Shown here piece by piece: positions 37,645 through 47,960 of a stretch of 48,551 bases of DNA. The stretch's first letter is position 1. Every line of letters begins with the position of its first letter. The DNA is from a virus (taxonomy: Duplodnaviria; Heunggongvirae; Uroviricota; Caudoviricetes). The stretch lies in IMG/VR virus record IMGVR_UViG_2627853771_000003; one strand, given 5' to 3'. The position numbers and the translations under genes are program-made. Under the pieces are notes generated by a model. That model made no database searches and had not been told where the DNA came from. It saw nothing but the letters and a program-made list of their open reading frames with translations.

Positions 37645-38343
37645 ATGCAGGATATTCCACAGGAAACACATCATGAGACGACACGCCTCACTCAGTCAGC
37701 CCAGGTGGTGCTCTGGGAAATCGATCTGACAGAGGTCGGTGGTGAACGTTATTTTTTCGGTAATGAGCAGAACGAAAAAGGTGAACCAGTCACCTGGCAG
37801 GGGCGGCAGTATCAGGCTTATCCCATTCAGGGAAGCGGATTTGAGATGAACGGCAAAGGAGCCAGTGCAAGGCCAACGCTTAAAGTCTCTAATCTGTACG
37901 GCATGGTCACCGGGATGGCGGAAGACCTGCAGAGTCTGGTCGGCGGAACGGTGGTCCGGCGTAAGGTTTACGCCCGTTTTCTGGATGCGGTGAACTTCGT
38001 CAACGGAAACAGTGACGCCGATCCGGAGCAGGAGGTGATCAGCCGCTGGCGCATCGAGCAGTGCAGCGAACTGAGCGCGGTGAGTGCCTCTTTTGTACTG
38101 TCCACGCCGACGGAAACGGACGGTGCCGTTTTTCCGGGACGTATCATGCTGGCCAACACCTGCACCTGGACCTATCGCGGTGATGAGTGCGGTTATCACG
38201 GTCCGGCGGTAGCGGATGAATATGATCAGCCGACGTCCGATATCACGAAGGATAAATGCAGCAAGTGCCTGAGCGGCTGTAAGTTTCGCAATAACGTCGG
38301 CAACTTTGGCGGCTTCCTTTCCATTAACAAACTTTCGCAGTGA
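37645..38343 (+). CDS. L: minor tail protein L
   Basis: 232 aa; SD AGGAGG; C-terminal Cys cluster. Confidence 0.85.
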   Translation: MQDIPQETHHETTRLTQSAQVVLWEIDLTEVGGERYFFGNEQNEKGEPVTWQGRQYQAYPIQGSGFEMNGKGASARPTLKVSNLYGMVTGMAEDLQSLVGGTVVRRKVYARFLDAVNFVNGNSDADPEQEVISRWRIEQCSELSAVSASFVLSTPTETDGAVFPGRIMLANTCTWTYRGDECGYHGPAVADEYDQPTSDITKDKCSKCLSGCKFRNNVGNFGGFLSINKLSQ

Positions 38344-38348
38344 ATCCC

Positions 38349-39092
38349 ATGACAGAGACAGAATCAGCGATTCTGGCGCACGCCCGGCGATGTGCGCCAG
38401 CAGAGTCGTGCGGCTTCGTGGTGAGAACACCGGAGGGGGAAAGATATTTTCCCTGCGTGAATATCTCCGGTGAGCCGGAGGCGTATTTCCGGATGTCGCC
38501 GGAGGACTGGCTGCGGGCAGAGATGCAGGGTGAGATTGTGGCGCTGGTCCACAGCCACCCCGGTGGTCTGCCCTGGCTGAGTGAGGCCGACCGGCGGCTG
38601 CAGGTGCAGAGTGATTTGCCGTGGTGGCTGGTCTGCCGGGGGGCGATTCATAAGTTCCGCTGTGTGCCGCATCTCACCGGGCGGCGCTTTGAGCACGGGG
38701 TGACGGACTGTTACACGCTGTTCCGGGATGCTTATCATCTGGCGGGGATTGAGATGCCGGATTTTCATCGCGGGGATGACTGGTGGCGTCACGGTCAGAA
38801 TCTCTATCTGGATAATCTGGAGGCCACAGGGCTGTATCAGGTGCCGTTGTCATCAGCACAACCGGGCGATGTGCTGCTGTGCTGCTTTGGTTCATCGGTG
38901 CCGAATCATGCCGCCATTTACTGTGGTGACGGCGAGCTGCTGCACCATATTCCTGAACAACTGAGCAAACGAGAGAGGTACACCGACAAATGGCAGCGAC
39001 GCACACACTCCCTCTGGCGTCACCGGGAATGGCACGCATCTGCCTTTACGGGGATTTACAACGATTTGGCCGCCGCATCGACCTTCGTGTGA
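38349..39092 (+). CDS. K: tail assembly protein K (JAB/MPN + NlpC/P60 domains)
   Basis: HSHPGG (JAB) motif and a Cys/His peptidase-like region; track start is a GTG at 38340. Confidence 0.8.
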   Translation: MTETESAILAHARRCAPAESCGFVVRTPEGERYFPCVNISGEPEAYFRMSPEDWLRAEMQGEIVALVHSHPGGLPWLSEADRRLQVQSDLPWWLVCRGAIHKFRCVPHLTGRRFEHGVTDCYTLFRDAYHLAGIEMPDFHRGDDWWRHGQNLYLDNLEATGLYQVPLSSAQPGDVLLCCFGSSVPNHAAIYCGDGELLHHIPEQLSKRERYTDKWQRRTHSLWRHREWHASAFTGIYNDLAAASTFV

Positions 39093-39637
39093 AAACGGGG
39101 GCTGAAGCCATCCGCGCACTGGCCACACAGCTCCCGGTGTTTCGTCAGAAACTGAATGAGGGCTGGTATCAGATACGGATTGCCGGGCGTGATGCAGGTG
39201 AAACCGAATTGTCTGCCCGTCTTAATGAGCCGCTGGCAAATGGTGCCGTGATCCACATCGTGCCGCGTCTGGCGGGAGCTAAAAGTGGCGGTGTGTTTCA
39301 GGTGGTGCTGGGGGCGGCGCTGATTGCGGTGGCATGGTGGAACCCTGTGGGCTGGCTGGGTGTCGCGGCTGTATCGGGCATGTATGCGGCAGGGGCCAGT
39401 ATGATCCTGGGCGGAGTGGCGCAGATGCTGGCACCGAAAGCCAGGACGCCCACGGCAGCAAGTACAGATAACGGCAAACAGAACACCTATTTTTCTTCAC
39501 TGGATAATATGGTTGCCCAGGGCAATGTTCTGCCCGTTCTGTACGGGGAAATGCGCGTGGGGTCACGTGTGGTTTCTCAGGAGATCAGCACGGCAGACGA
39601 AGGGGATGGTGGCCAGGTTGTAGTGATTGGTCGCTGA
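39029..39637 (+). CDS. I: tail assembly protein I
   Basis: MARICLYGDLQRFGRRIDL... with a hydrophobic C-terminal half; start choice (39029 vs 38990) uncertain. Confidence 0.7.
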   Translation: MARICLYGDLQRFGRRIDLRVKTGAEAIRALATQLPVFRQKLNEGWYQIRIAGRDAGETELSARLNEPLANGAVIHIVPRLAGAKSGGVFQVVLGAALIAVAWWNPVGWLGVAAVSGMYAAGASMILGGVAQMLAPKARTPTAASTDNGKQNTYFSSLDNMVAQGNVLPVLYGEMRVGSRVVSQEISTADEGDGGQVVVIGR

Positions 39638-39655
39638 TGCAAAATGTTTTATGTG

Positions 39656-39679
39656 AAACCGCCTCCGGGCGGTTTTGTC
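39656..39679 (+). terminator. possible attenuator hairpin before J
   Basis: ACCGCC-TCCG-GGCGGT hairpin followed by TTTTGTCGTTT. Confidence 0.3.
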
Positions 39680-39697
39680 GTTTATGGAGTGTGAGGA

Positions 39698-42600
39698 ATG
39701 GGTAAAGGCAGCAGTAAGGGGCATACCCCGCGCGAAGCAAAGGACAACCTGAAGTCCACGCAGTTGCTGAGTGTGATCGATGCCATCAGCGAAGGGCCGG
39801 TTGAAGGTCAGGTGGATGGATTAAAAAGCGTGCTGCTGAACAGTACACCGGTGCTGGACAGTGAGGGGAATACCAACATCTCCGGTGTCACGGTGGTGTT
39901 CCGTGCCGGTGAGCAGGAGCAGACACCGCCGGAGGGGTTTGAATCCTCCGGCTCCGAGACGGTGCTGGGTACGGAAGTGAAATATGACACGCCGATCACC
40001 CGCACCATTACGTCTGCAAACATCGACCGTCTGCGCTTTACCTTCGGTGTGCAGGCACTGGTGGAAACCACCTCAAAGGGGGACCGGAATCCGTCGGAAG
40101 TTCGCCTGCTGGTTCAGATACAGCGTAATGGTGGCTGGGTGACGGAAAAAGACATCACCATTAAGGGCAAAACCACCTCGCAGTATCTGGCCTCGGTGGT
40201 GGTGGATAACCTGCCGCCGCGCCCGTTTAATATCCGGATGCGCAGGATGACGCCGGACAGCACCACAGACCAGCTGCAGAACAAAACGCTCTGGTCGTCA
40301 TACACCGAAATCATCGATGTGAAACAGTGCTACCCGAACACGGCACTGGTCGGCGTGCAGGTGGATTCGGAGCAGTTCGGCAGCCAGCAGGTGAGCCGTA
40401 ATTATCATCTTCGCGGGCGTATTCTGCAGGTGCCGTCGAATTATAACCCGCAGACGCGGCAATACAGCGGTATCTGGGACGGGACGTTTAAACCGGCATA
40501 CAGCAACAACATGGCCTGGTGTCTGTGGGATATGCTGACCCACCCGCGCTACGGCATGGGGAAACGTCTCGGTGCGGCGGATGTGGACAAATGGGCGCTG
40601 TATGTCATCGGCCAGAATTGTGACCAGTCGGTGCCGGACGGCTTTGGCGGTACGGAGCCGCGCATCACCTGTAACGCTTACCTGACCACACAACGTAAGG
40701 CGTGGGATGTGCTCAGTGATTTCTGCTCGGCGATGCGCTGTATGCCGGTATGGAACGGGCAGACGCTGACGTTCGTGCAGGACCGACCATCGGATAAGGT
40801 GTGGACCTATAACCGCAGTAATGTGGTGATGCCGGATGATGGCGCGCCGTTCCGCTACAGCTTCAGCGCCCTGAAGGACCGCCATAATGCCGTTGAGGTG
40901 AACTGGATTGACCCGGATAACGGCTGGGAGACGGCAACAGAGCTTGTGGAGGACTCGCAGGCCATTGCCCGTTACGGTCGTAACGTCACGAAGATGGATG
41001 CGTTTGGCTGTACCAGTCGGGGGCAGGCGCACCGCGCCGGGCTGTGGCTGATTAAAACAGAACTGCTGGAAACGCAGACCGTGGACTTCAGCGTGGGTGC
41101 CGAAGGGCTTCGCCATGTACCGGGCGATGTCATTGAAATCTGCGATGATGACTATGCCGGTATCAGCACCGGCGGGCGCGTGCTGGCGGTGAACAGCCAG
41201 ACCCGGACGCTGACGCTCGACCGTGAAATCACGCAGCCATCCTCCGGCACCACGCTGATAAGCCTGGTTGACGGAAGTGGCAATCCGGTCAGCGTGGAGG
41301 TCCAGTCCGTCACCGACGGCGTGAAGGTGAAAGTGAGCCGGGTTCCTGACGGCGTTGCCGAGTACAGCGTGTGGGGGCTGAAGCTGCCGACGCTGCGCCA
41401 GCGCCTGTTCCGCTGTGTGAGTATCCGTGAGAACGACGACGGTACGTATGCCATCACTGCAGTGCAGCATGTACCGGAGAAAGAAGCCATCGTGGATAAC
41501 GGGGCGCACTTTGACGGTAACCAGAGCGGCACGGTGAATGGTGTCACGCCGCCAGCAGTGCAGCATCTGACCGCCGAAGTCACCGCAGACAGCGGGGAAT
41601 ACCAGGTGCTGGCCCGCTGGGACACGCCGAAGGTGGTGAAGGGCGTGAGCTTCCTGCTTCGCCTGACCGTGGCAGCGGATGACGGCAGTGAGCGGCTGGT
41701 CAGCACGGCCCGGACGACGGAAACCACTTACCGCTTCACACAACTGGCTCTGGGGAACTACAGGCTGACAGTCCGGGCAGTAAATGCGTGGGGGCAGCAG
41801 GGCGATCCGGCGTCGGTATCGTTCCGGATTGCCGCACCGGCAGCGCCGTCGCGGATTGAGCTGACGCCGGGCTATTTTCAGATAACCGCCACGCCGCATC
41901 TTGCGGTTTATGATCCGACGGTACAGTTTGAGTTCTGGTTCTCGGAAAAGCGGATTGCGGATATCAGGCAGGTTGAAACCACAGCACGCTATCTTGGCAC
42001 GGCGCTGTACTGGATAGCCGCCAGTATCAATATCAGGCCGGGCCATAATTATTATTTTTACGTTCGCAGTGTGAACACCGTTGGCAAATCGGCATTCGTG
42101 GAGGCTGTTGGTCAGCCGAGTGATGACGCATCCGGCTATCTGGATTTTTTCAAAGGCGAGATAGGGAAAACCCATCTGGCTCAGGAGCTGTGGACGCAGA
42201 TTGATAACGGTCAGCTTGCGCCTGACCTGGCTGAAATCAGGACATCCATTACGGATGTCAGCAATGAAATCACACAGACCGTCAATAAGAAACTGGAAGA
42301 CCAGAGTGCAGCGATCCAGCAGATACAGAAGGTTCAGGTTGATACAAATAATAACCTGAACAGCATGTGGGCCGTGAAACTGCAGCAGATGCAGGACGGA
42401 CGCCTTTATATTGCGGGTATCGGTGCCGGTATTGAGAATACGTCAGCAGGAATGCAGAGTCAGGTGCTGCTGGCGGCAGACAGGATTGCGATGATTAATC
42501 CTGCGAATGGCAACACAAAGCCGATGTTTGTTGGTCAGGGTGATCAGATATTCATGAACGACGTGTTCCTGAAACGCCTGACGGCTCCCACCATTACCAG

Positions 42601-43177
42601 CGGCGGTAATCCTCCTGCATTTTCCCTTACACCGGACGGGCGACTGACGGCGAAAAATGCGGATATCAGTGGCAGTGTGAATGCGAACGCCGGGACGCTC
42701 AACAATGTCACGATAAATGAAAACTGTCGGGTTCTGGGAAAACTGTCTGCGAACCAGATTGAAGGCGATCTCGTTAAAACAGTGGGCAAAGCTTTCCCCC
42801 GGGACTCCCGTGCACCGGAGCGGTGGCCATCAGGGACCATTACCGTCAGGGTTTATGACGATCAGCCGTTTGACCGGCAGATTGTTATTCCCACGGTGGC
42901 GTTTCGTGGCGCTAAACATGAGCGGGAGAATAACGATATTTATTCGTCATGCCGCCTGATAGTGAAGAAAAACGGTGCTGAAATTTATAACCGTACCGCG
43001 CTGGATAATACGCTGGTTTATACAGGTGTTATTGATATGCCTGCTGGTCGCGGTCACATGACGCTGGAGTTTTCGGTATCAGCGTGGCTGGTAAATGACT
43101 GGTATCCCACAGCCAGTATCAGTGATTTGCTGGTTGTGGTGATGAAGAAATCCACAGCAGGTATCACGATTAGCTGA
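39698..43177 (+). CDS. J: tail tip / host-specificity protein J
   Basis: 1159 aa; SD GAGGAA; lambda gene order. Confidence 0.9.
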   Translation: MGKGSSKGHTPREAKDNLKSTQLLSVIDAISEGPVEGQVDGLKSVLLNSTPVLDSEGNTNISGVTVVFRAGEQEQTPPEGFESSGSETVLGTEVKYDTPITRTITSANIDRLRFTFGVQALVETTSKGDRNPSEVRLLVQIQRNGGWVTEKDITIKGKTTSQYLASVVVDNLPPRPFNIRMRRMTPDSTTDQLQNKTLWSSYTEIIDVKQCYPNTALVGVQVDSEQFGSQQVSRNYHLRGRILQVPSNYNPQTRQYSGIWDGTFKPAYSNNMAWCLWDMLTHPRYGMGKRLGAADVDKWALYVIGQNCDQSVPDGFGGTEPRITCNAYLTTQRKAWDVLSDFCSAMRCMPVWNGQTLTFVQDRPSDKVWTYNRSNVVMPDDGAPFRYSFSALKDRHNAVEVNWIDPDNGWETATELVEDSQAIARYGRNVTKMDAFGCTSRGQAHRAGLWLIKTELLETQTVDFSVGAEGLRHVPGDVIEICDDDYAGISTGGRVLAVNSQTRTLTLDREITQPSSGTTLISLVDGSGNPVSVEVQSVTDGVKVKVSRVPDGVAEYSVWGLKLPTLRQRLFRCVSIRENDDGTYAITAVQHVPEKEAIVDNGAHFDGNQSGTVNGVTPPAVQHLTAEVTADSGEYQVLARWDTPKVVKGVSFLLRLTVAADDGSERLVSTARTTETTYRFTQLALGNYRLTVRAVNAWGQQGDPASVSFRIAAPAAPSRIELTPGYFQITATPHLAVYDPTVQFEFWFSEKRIADIRQVETTARYLGTALYWIAASINIRPGHNYYFYVRSVNTVGKSAFVEAVGQPSDDASGYLDFFKGEIGKTHLAQELWTQIDNGQLAPDLAEIRTSITDVSNEITQTVNKKLEDQSAAIQQIQKVQVDTNNNLNSMWAVKLQQMQDGRLYIAGIGAGIENTSAGMQSQVLLAADRIAMINPANGNTKPMFVGQGDQIFMNDVFLKRLTAPTITSGGNPPAFSLTPDGRLTAKNADISGSVNANAGTLNNVTINENCRVLGKLSANQIEGDLVKTVGKAFPRDSRAPERWPSGTITVRVYDDQPFDRQIVIPTVAFRGAKHERENNDIYSSCRLIVKKNGAEIYNRTALDNTLVYTGVIDMPAGRGHMTLEFSVSAWLVNDWYPTASISDLLVVVMKKSTAGITIS

Positions 43178-43196
43178 ATTTTCATAACCCATATGC

Positions 43197-43224
43197 GGGC
43201 GCCATTTCTGGCGCCTTTTTTATT
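43197..43224 (+). terminator. rho-independent terminator after J
   Basis: GGCGCC-ATTTCT-GGCGCC hairpin followed by TTTTTTATT. Confidence 0.6.
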
Positions 43225-43245
43225 GCAGAAAAGCGAGAGGTAATT

Positions 43246-43845
43246 ATGCGTAAAGTTTGTGCAGCCATTTTGTCCGCAGCCATCTGTCTGGCCGTATCCG
43301 GTGCGCCTGCATGGGCGTCTGAGCAGCAGGCCACACTGAGCGCAGGGTATCTTCATGCCCGTACGAACGCTCCCGGCAGCGATAATCTGAACGGGATTAA
43401 CGTGAAATACCGTTATGAGTTTACGGACACGCTGGGGCTGATTACGTCATTCAGTTATGCCAACGCTGAAGATGAGCAAAAAACGCATTACAGCGATACC
43501 CGCTGGCATGAGGATTCCGTGCGTAACCGCTGGTTCAGCGTGATGGCGGGGCCGTCTGTGCGCGTGAATGAATGGTTCAGCGCGTATGCGATGGCGGGTG
43601 TGGCTTACAGCCGTGTGTCGACTTTCTCCGGGGATTATCTCCGCGTAACTGACAACAAGGGGAAAACGCACGATGTGCTGACCGGAAGTGATGACGGTCG
43701 CCACAGCAACACGTCTCTGGCGTGGGGGGCTGGCGTGCAGTTTAACCCGACCGAATCCGTGGCCATTGATGTCGCTTATGAAGGCTCCGGCAGTGGCGAC
43801 TGGCGCACTGACGGTTTCATCGTGGGTGTCGGTTATAAGTTCTGA
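43246..43845 (+). CDS. lom: Lom-like outer-membrane protein (Ail/PagC family)
   Basis: Signal peptide, C-terminal ...VGVGYKF beta-barrel terminus; SD GAGAGG; the position lom occupies in lambda. Confidence 0.85.
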   Translation: MRKVCAAILSAAICLAVSGAPAWASEQQATLSAGYLHARTNAPGSDNLNGINVKYRYEFTDTLGLITSFSYANAEDEQKTHYSDTRWHEDSVRNRWFSVMAGPSVRVNEWFSAYAMAGVAYSRVSTFSGDYLRVTDNKGKTHDVLTGSDDGRHSNTSLAWGAGVQFNPTESVAIDVAYEGSGSGDWRTDGFIVGVGYKF

Positions 43846-43871
43846 TTAGCCAGGTAACACAGTGTTATGAC

Positions 43872-43899
43872 AGCCCGCCGGTTCAGGCGGGCTTTTTTG
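43872..43899 (+). terminator. rho-independent terminator after lom
   Basis: AGCCCGCC-GGTTCA-GGCGGGCT hairpin followed by TTTTTT. Confidence 0.65.
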
Positions 43900-43909
43900 T
43901 GGGGTGAAT

Positions 43910-46900
43910 ATGGCAGTAAAGATTTCAGGTGTACTGAAAGACGGTGCAGGTAAACCGGTACAGAACTGCACAATCCAGCTGAAAGCAAAACGTAACAGCA
44001 CCACGGTGGTGGCGAACACGGTGGCCTCAGAAAATCCGGATGAAGCCGGGCGTTACAGCATGGACGTTGAGTACGGTCAGTACAGCGTTATTCTGTTGGT
44101 GGAAGGCTTCCCGCCATCGCATGCCGGGACCATCACCGTGTATGAAGACTCACAACCGGGTACGCTGAATGATTTTCTCGGTGCCATGACGGAGGATGAT
44201 GTCCGTCCGGAGGCACTGCGCCGCTTTGAACTGATGGTGGAAGAGGTGGCGCGTAACGCGTCCGCAGTGGCGCAGAACACAGCAGCCGCGAAGAAGTCAG
44301 CCAGCGATGCCAGCACATCAGCCCGTGAGGCGGCAACCCATGCGACTGATGCTGCAGGCTCAGCACGTGCAGCCAGCACGTCAGCCGGACAGGCCGCTTC
44401 GTCGGCTCAGTCAGCGTCTTCCAGCGCAGGAACGGCATCAACAAAGGCTACTGAAGCATCAAAAAGTGCTGCCGCTGCAGAGTCTTCAAAAAGCGCGGCA
44501 GCCACCAGTGCCGGTGCAGCGAAAACGTCAGAAACGAATGCCGCAGCATCACAAAAATCTGCGGCCACTTCTGCATCCACCGCGACCACGAAAGCGTCAG
44601 AAGCTGCCACCTCAGCCCGGGATGCGTCGGCTTCAAAAGTGGCGGCAAAATCATCAGAAACGAGCGCAGCCTCGAGCGCCGGCAGTGCAGCTTCCTCGGC
44701 AACGGCGGCAGGAAATTCCGCGAAGGCCGCAAAAACGTCTGAGACGAATGCGGATAACAGCGCACAGGCGGCAGCAGACTCACAAACTGCATCGGCAAAT
44801 TCCGCGACAGCAGCCAAAAAATCAGAAACCAACGCGAAAAATAGTGAGTCAGCAGCAAAGGTCAGCGAAACCAACGCTAAAGCGTCAGAGAACAAGGCGA
44901 AAGAATATCTCGACAAGGTCGGGGGACTCGTCAGCCCGATGACGCAATACGATTGGCCTGTTGTTACTGCTAGTGAGTCTCTTTACATCAAGATCGCGAA
45001 ACTTTCCGATCCTGGAACCAGCAGAAGTCATGTAACGCTAATGGTTACTAACGCTGGTAACTACGGCTCCCCTTACGGAAACATTGACTTTATCGAGATC
45101 TCGGCGCGCGGTCTGCCTTCTTTGCTTAGTGCGGATAATGTTTCTCGTCATCTGAGTATACGCCGCTTAGGGTCAACCGGGCTGACCGATAACAACCAGA
45201 TGCGTTACGGCCTGGTTAAAGGTGACGGCTTTATTGAGGTTTGGGCATTCCAGGGTGCGTTTATTAACGACGCAAAGGTTGCGGTGCTGGCGCAGACAAC
45301 ACTAAACACAGAATTATACATTCCAGACGGATTTGTTAAGCAAACCCCCGCGCCTTCTGGATATATTGAAGGCAACGTTGTAAGGATTTACGACCAGTTA
45401 AACAAGCCGACTAAAGCAGATTTGGGTCTTTCTAATGCTATGCTTACAGGCGCTTTCGGTCTTGGCGGTAGCGGGATATCAACAAACGGCAAGATGAGCG
45501 ATGTAGAGATCTTAAAAGCTCTGCGTGACAAAGGTGGTCATTTCTGGCGCGGTGATAAGCCGACCGGAAGCACGGCGACCATTTATAGCCACGGTTCTGG
45601 TATATTCTCGCGGTGCGGCGATACGTGGTCAGCGATCAATATCGACTACTCAACCGCGAAGATTAAGATCTATGCCGGCAACGATGCCCGGCTTAACAAC
45701 GGGACTTTTAGCGTCAATGAGCTATACGGCTCGGCAAACAAGCCGTCGAAATCGGATGTTGGACTTGGCAACGTAACGAACGATGCGCAGGTAAAAAAAA
45801 CCGGCGATACAATGACCGGTGACTTGACAATCAAAAAAGGTACACCGTCAGTCTTCCTGCGGGCAGACAGTGGAGTCACCGCTTTGCGGTTTTATACTGG
45901 CGATAACACAGAGCGCGGCATAATCTATGCTGGTCCTAACACTGATTCGCTTGGCGAAGTTCGCATCAGGGCAAAGACAGCAGGGGGGACATCAGGAGGG
46001 GATCTTGTTGTTCGTCACGACGGGAGGGTTGAAGTCCGTGATCTCACAGTAGCGTATAAAATTAAAAGCAGAACGATTGAGATTGCAAATACCGACACTG
46101 ACTCATCGGCAACTACGCTAAGCATCTATGGAGTACAGCACACGCCGTTGGTTTTAACGCGTTCTGGTTCTTCTGAAAATGTGTCCATTGGGTTTAAGTT
46201 AGACAACATGAACCCAAAGTATCTTGGAATTGATACTAATGGGGATCTGGCTTTTGGTGAGAGTCCTGATCAGAAACAAAACAGCAAATTGATCACGCAA
46301 GCGAAACTCGACAAGGGATTAACGATTGGTGGTCAACTGGCTTTCAAAGGTACGACAGCGTTTTCAGCCGTTGCTACGTTCAGTGCCGGGATAGCAGGAG
46401 CCATCGAGCCGGAAAACATTGACGGCCAGACGGTTAATCTTAACAACCTGACCATCATCAAGTCAGATGCCGGGGCAGTTAAATACTATATTTGTCCATC
46501 CTCTGCAGGTGGTGCAAATATCACCAACAAGCCTGACGGCGTAACAGGTAACTTTTTGCTCCGTGTTGAATCGACTCGTAAGGTTAGGGATTCAGATTAT
46601 GCGAACATGCAAACGCTGATTAACAGCGACACAAAACGTATATACGTTCGCTTTGTTGTTAATGGAAACTGGACAGCGTGGAGTCAGGTTGTTGTTTCCG
46701 GATGGAATCAGGATGTAACCGTAAGGTCGTTAACCTCGACGACTCCATCAAAATTAGGTGGCGGGCGGATTGATGTGCTTGGAAGTACGTCAGATTATGG
46801 CAGCATGAATTGTACCGTTCGTGGTGTTGATAGCACTGGAACCAATTCGGCGTGGTCGGTAGGCACATCAGAAAGCACAGGCAAAATGTTGTTCCTGAAA

Positions 46901-47689
46901 AACCACAGAAGCAGCGCTCAAGTGCTGTTAAATGGCGATGATGGAGCGGTTCAACTACTAAGTGGCACTGTTAACGGTGCTACAGCGCAGGCGCTAACCA
47001 TCAACAAAGATGAGGTTAACTCAACTGCCGATTTAGTAATTAGAAAACAAACAGGGACTGGCAATCGTTTTGCTTTACTTAATTCAGGTAATTCAGAACT
47101 ACCAGTTAGTATCAGGGTGTGGGGTTCCAGTACTCGACAAAACGTTTTTGAGGTTGGCACGTCTGCTGCGTATCTGTTTTATGCGCAAAAAACAACAGAC
47201 GGGCAAAACCTTACTGTAAACGGAAGTGTTAACTGCACCACACTGAATCAGTCATCAGACCGCAGACTGAAAGAAAATATCGAGATTATCGATAACGCGA
47301 CTGACGCAATCCGCAAAATTAATGGATACACGTACACGCTCAAGGAGAATGGGGCACATTGCGCCGGGGTTATAGCACAGGAAGTTGAAGAGGCCATCCC
47401 GGAGGCCGTTGGTTCATTCATCCATTACGGTGAAGAGTTGCAAGGCCCGACCGTTGACGGCAACGAGCTACGCGAAGAAACGCGCTATCTTAATGTTGAC
47501 TACGCCGCCGTGACGGGTTTACTTGTTCAGGTCGCCCGTGAAACAGATGATCGCGTTACCGCGCTGGAAGAGGAAAACACAACGTTACGTCAAAATCTGG
47601 CAACAGCAGGCACCCGGATCAGCACTCTGGAAAATCAGGTAAGCGAACTGGTTGCACTTGTCCGGCAGTTAACAGGAAGCGAACATTGA
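43910..47689 (+). CDS. stf: side tail fibre protein with Ala/Ser/Thr-rich repeat region and C-terminal intramolecular chaperone (peptidase S74-like) domain
   Basis: N-terminus MAVKISGVLKDGAGKPVQNCTIQLKAKRN (lambda Stf-like). Low-complexity A/S/T repeats at about 44250-44900. C-terminal 144 aa (47255-47686) begin SDRRLKENIEII, the conserved autoproteolytic motif. Confidence 0.85.
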   Translation: MAVKISGVLKDGAGKPVQNCTIQLKAKRNSTTVVANTVASENPDEAGRYSMDVEYGQYSVILLVEGFPPSHAGTITVYEDSQPGTLNDFLGAMTEDDVRPEALRRFELMVEEVARNASAVAQNTAAAKKSASDASTSAREAATHATDAAGSARAASTSAGQAASSAQSASSSAGTASTKATEASKSAAAAESSKSAAATSAGAAKTSETNAAASQKSAATSASTATTKASEAATSARDASASKVAAKSSETSAASSAGSAASSATAAGNSAKAAKTSETNADNSAQAAADSQTASANSATAAKKSETNAKNSESAAKVSETNAKASENKAKEYLDKVGGLVSPMTQYDWPVVTASESLYIKIAKLSDPGTSRSHVTLMVTNAGNYGSPYGNIDFIEISARGLPSLLSADNVSRHLSIRRLGSTGLTDNNQMRYGLVKGDGFIEVWAFQGAFINDAKVAVLAQTTLNTELYIPDGFVKQTPAPSGYIEGNVVRIYDQLNKPTKADLGLSNAMLTGAFGLGGSGISTNGKMSDVEILKALRDKGGHFWRGDKPTGSTATIYSHGSGIFSRCGDTWSAINIDYSTAKIKIYAGNDARLNNGTFSVNELYGSANKPSKSDVGLGNVTNDAQVKKTGDTMTGDLTIKKGTPSVFLRADSGVTALRFYTGDNTERGIIYAGPNTDSLGEVRIRAKTAGGTSGGDLVVRHDGRVEVRDLTVAYKIKSRTIEIANTDTDSSATTLSIYGVQHTPLVLTRSGSSENVSIGFKLDNMNPKYLGIDTNGDLAFGESPDQKQNSKLITQAKLDKGLTIGGQLAFKGTTAFSAVATFSAGIAGAIEPENIDGQTVNLNNLTIIKSDAGAVKYYICPSSAGGANITNKPDGVTGNFLLRVESTRKVRDSDYANMQTLINSDTKRIYVRFVVNGNWTAWSQVVVSGWNQDVTVRSLTSTTPSKLGGGRIDVLGSTSDYGSMNCTVRGVDSTGTNSAWSVGTSESTGKMLFLKNHRSSAQVLLNGDDGAVQLLSGTVNGATAQALTINKDEVNSTADLVIRKQTGTGNRFALLNSGNSELPVSIRVWGSSTRQNVFEVGTSAAYLFYAQKTTDGQNLTVNGSVNCTTLNQSSDRRLKENIEIIDNATDAIRKINGYTYTLKENGAHCAGVIAQEVEEAIPEAVGSFIHYGEELQGPTVDGNELREETRYLNVDYAAVTGLLVQVARETDDRVTALEEENTTLRQNLATAGTRISTLENQVSELVALVRQLTGSEH

Positions 47690-47863
47690 TATCCTTCAAG
47701 CTCTGAAGGAGGCTGTTCCCGGTACGTTCAGACTGTTGTTGAGCTGGAGATCGCAACGGAGGAAGAAAACTCGTTGTTGGAAGCCTGGAAGAAGTATCGG
47801 GTGTTGCTGAACCGTGTTGATACGTCAACTGCACAGGATATTGAATGGCCAGCACTGCCGTAG
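47690..47863 (+). pseudogene. tail fibre assembly protein (Tfa) 3' remnant, in frame directly after the stf stop
   Basis: No start codon; translation ...[41 protein letters not shown] matches the conserved C-terminus of Tfa chaperones. Confidence 0.5.
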
Positions 47864-47960
47864 GGTAAAACATATAAATTCTATAATTAGATGTATCTTT
47901 CCATTTACGGCAAGGAAGGGGGCTTGGAAGACGTAAAGCATCTCACACCGAGATTATTTT

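Noticed and set aside
40298-42175. 625-aa minus-strand ORF
   Set aside because: Entirely antisense to tail gene J; Arg/Pro/His-rich, as expected for the reverse frame of a GC-rich gene.
44307-44942. Long ORFs in alternative frames and on the minus strand (also 44407..44916, 44448..44858)
   Set aside because: Frames of the Ala/Ser-rich stf repeat; products are poly-Arg/Gln/Pro or poly-Ala strings with no starts in sensible context.
47190-47225. Sequence with CAAAACC and CTGTAAAC resembling invertase crossover half-sites
   Set aside because: Inside stf coding sequence, not a dyad, and no inverted partner found near pin; could be chance.
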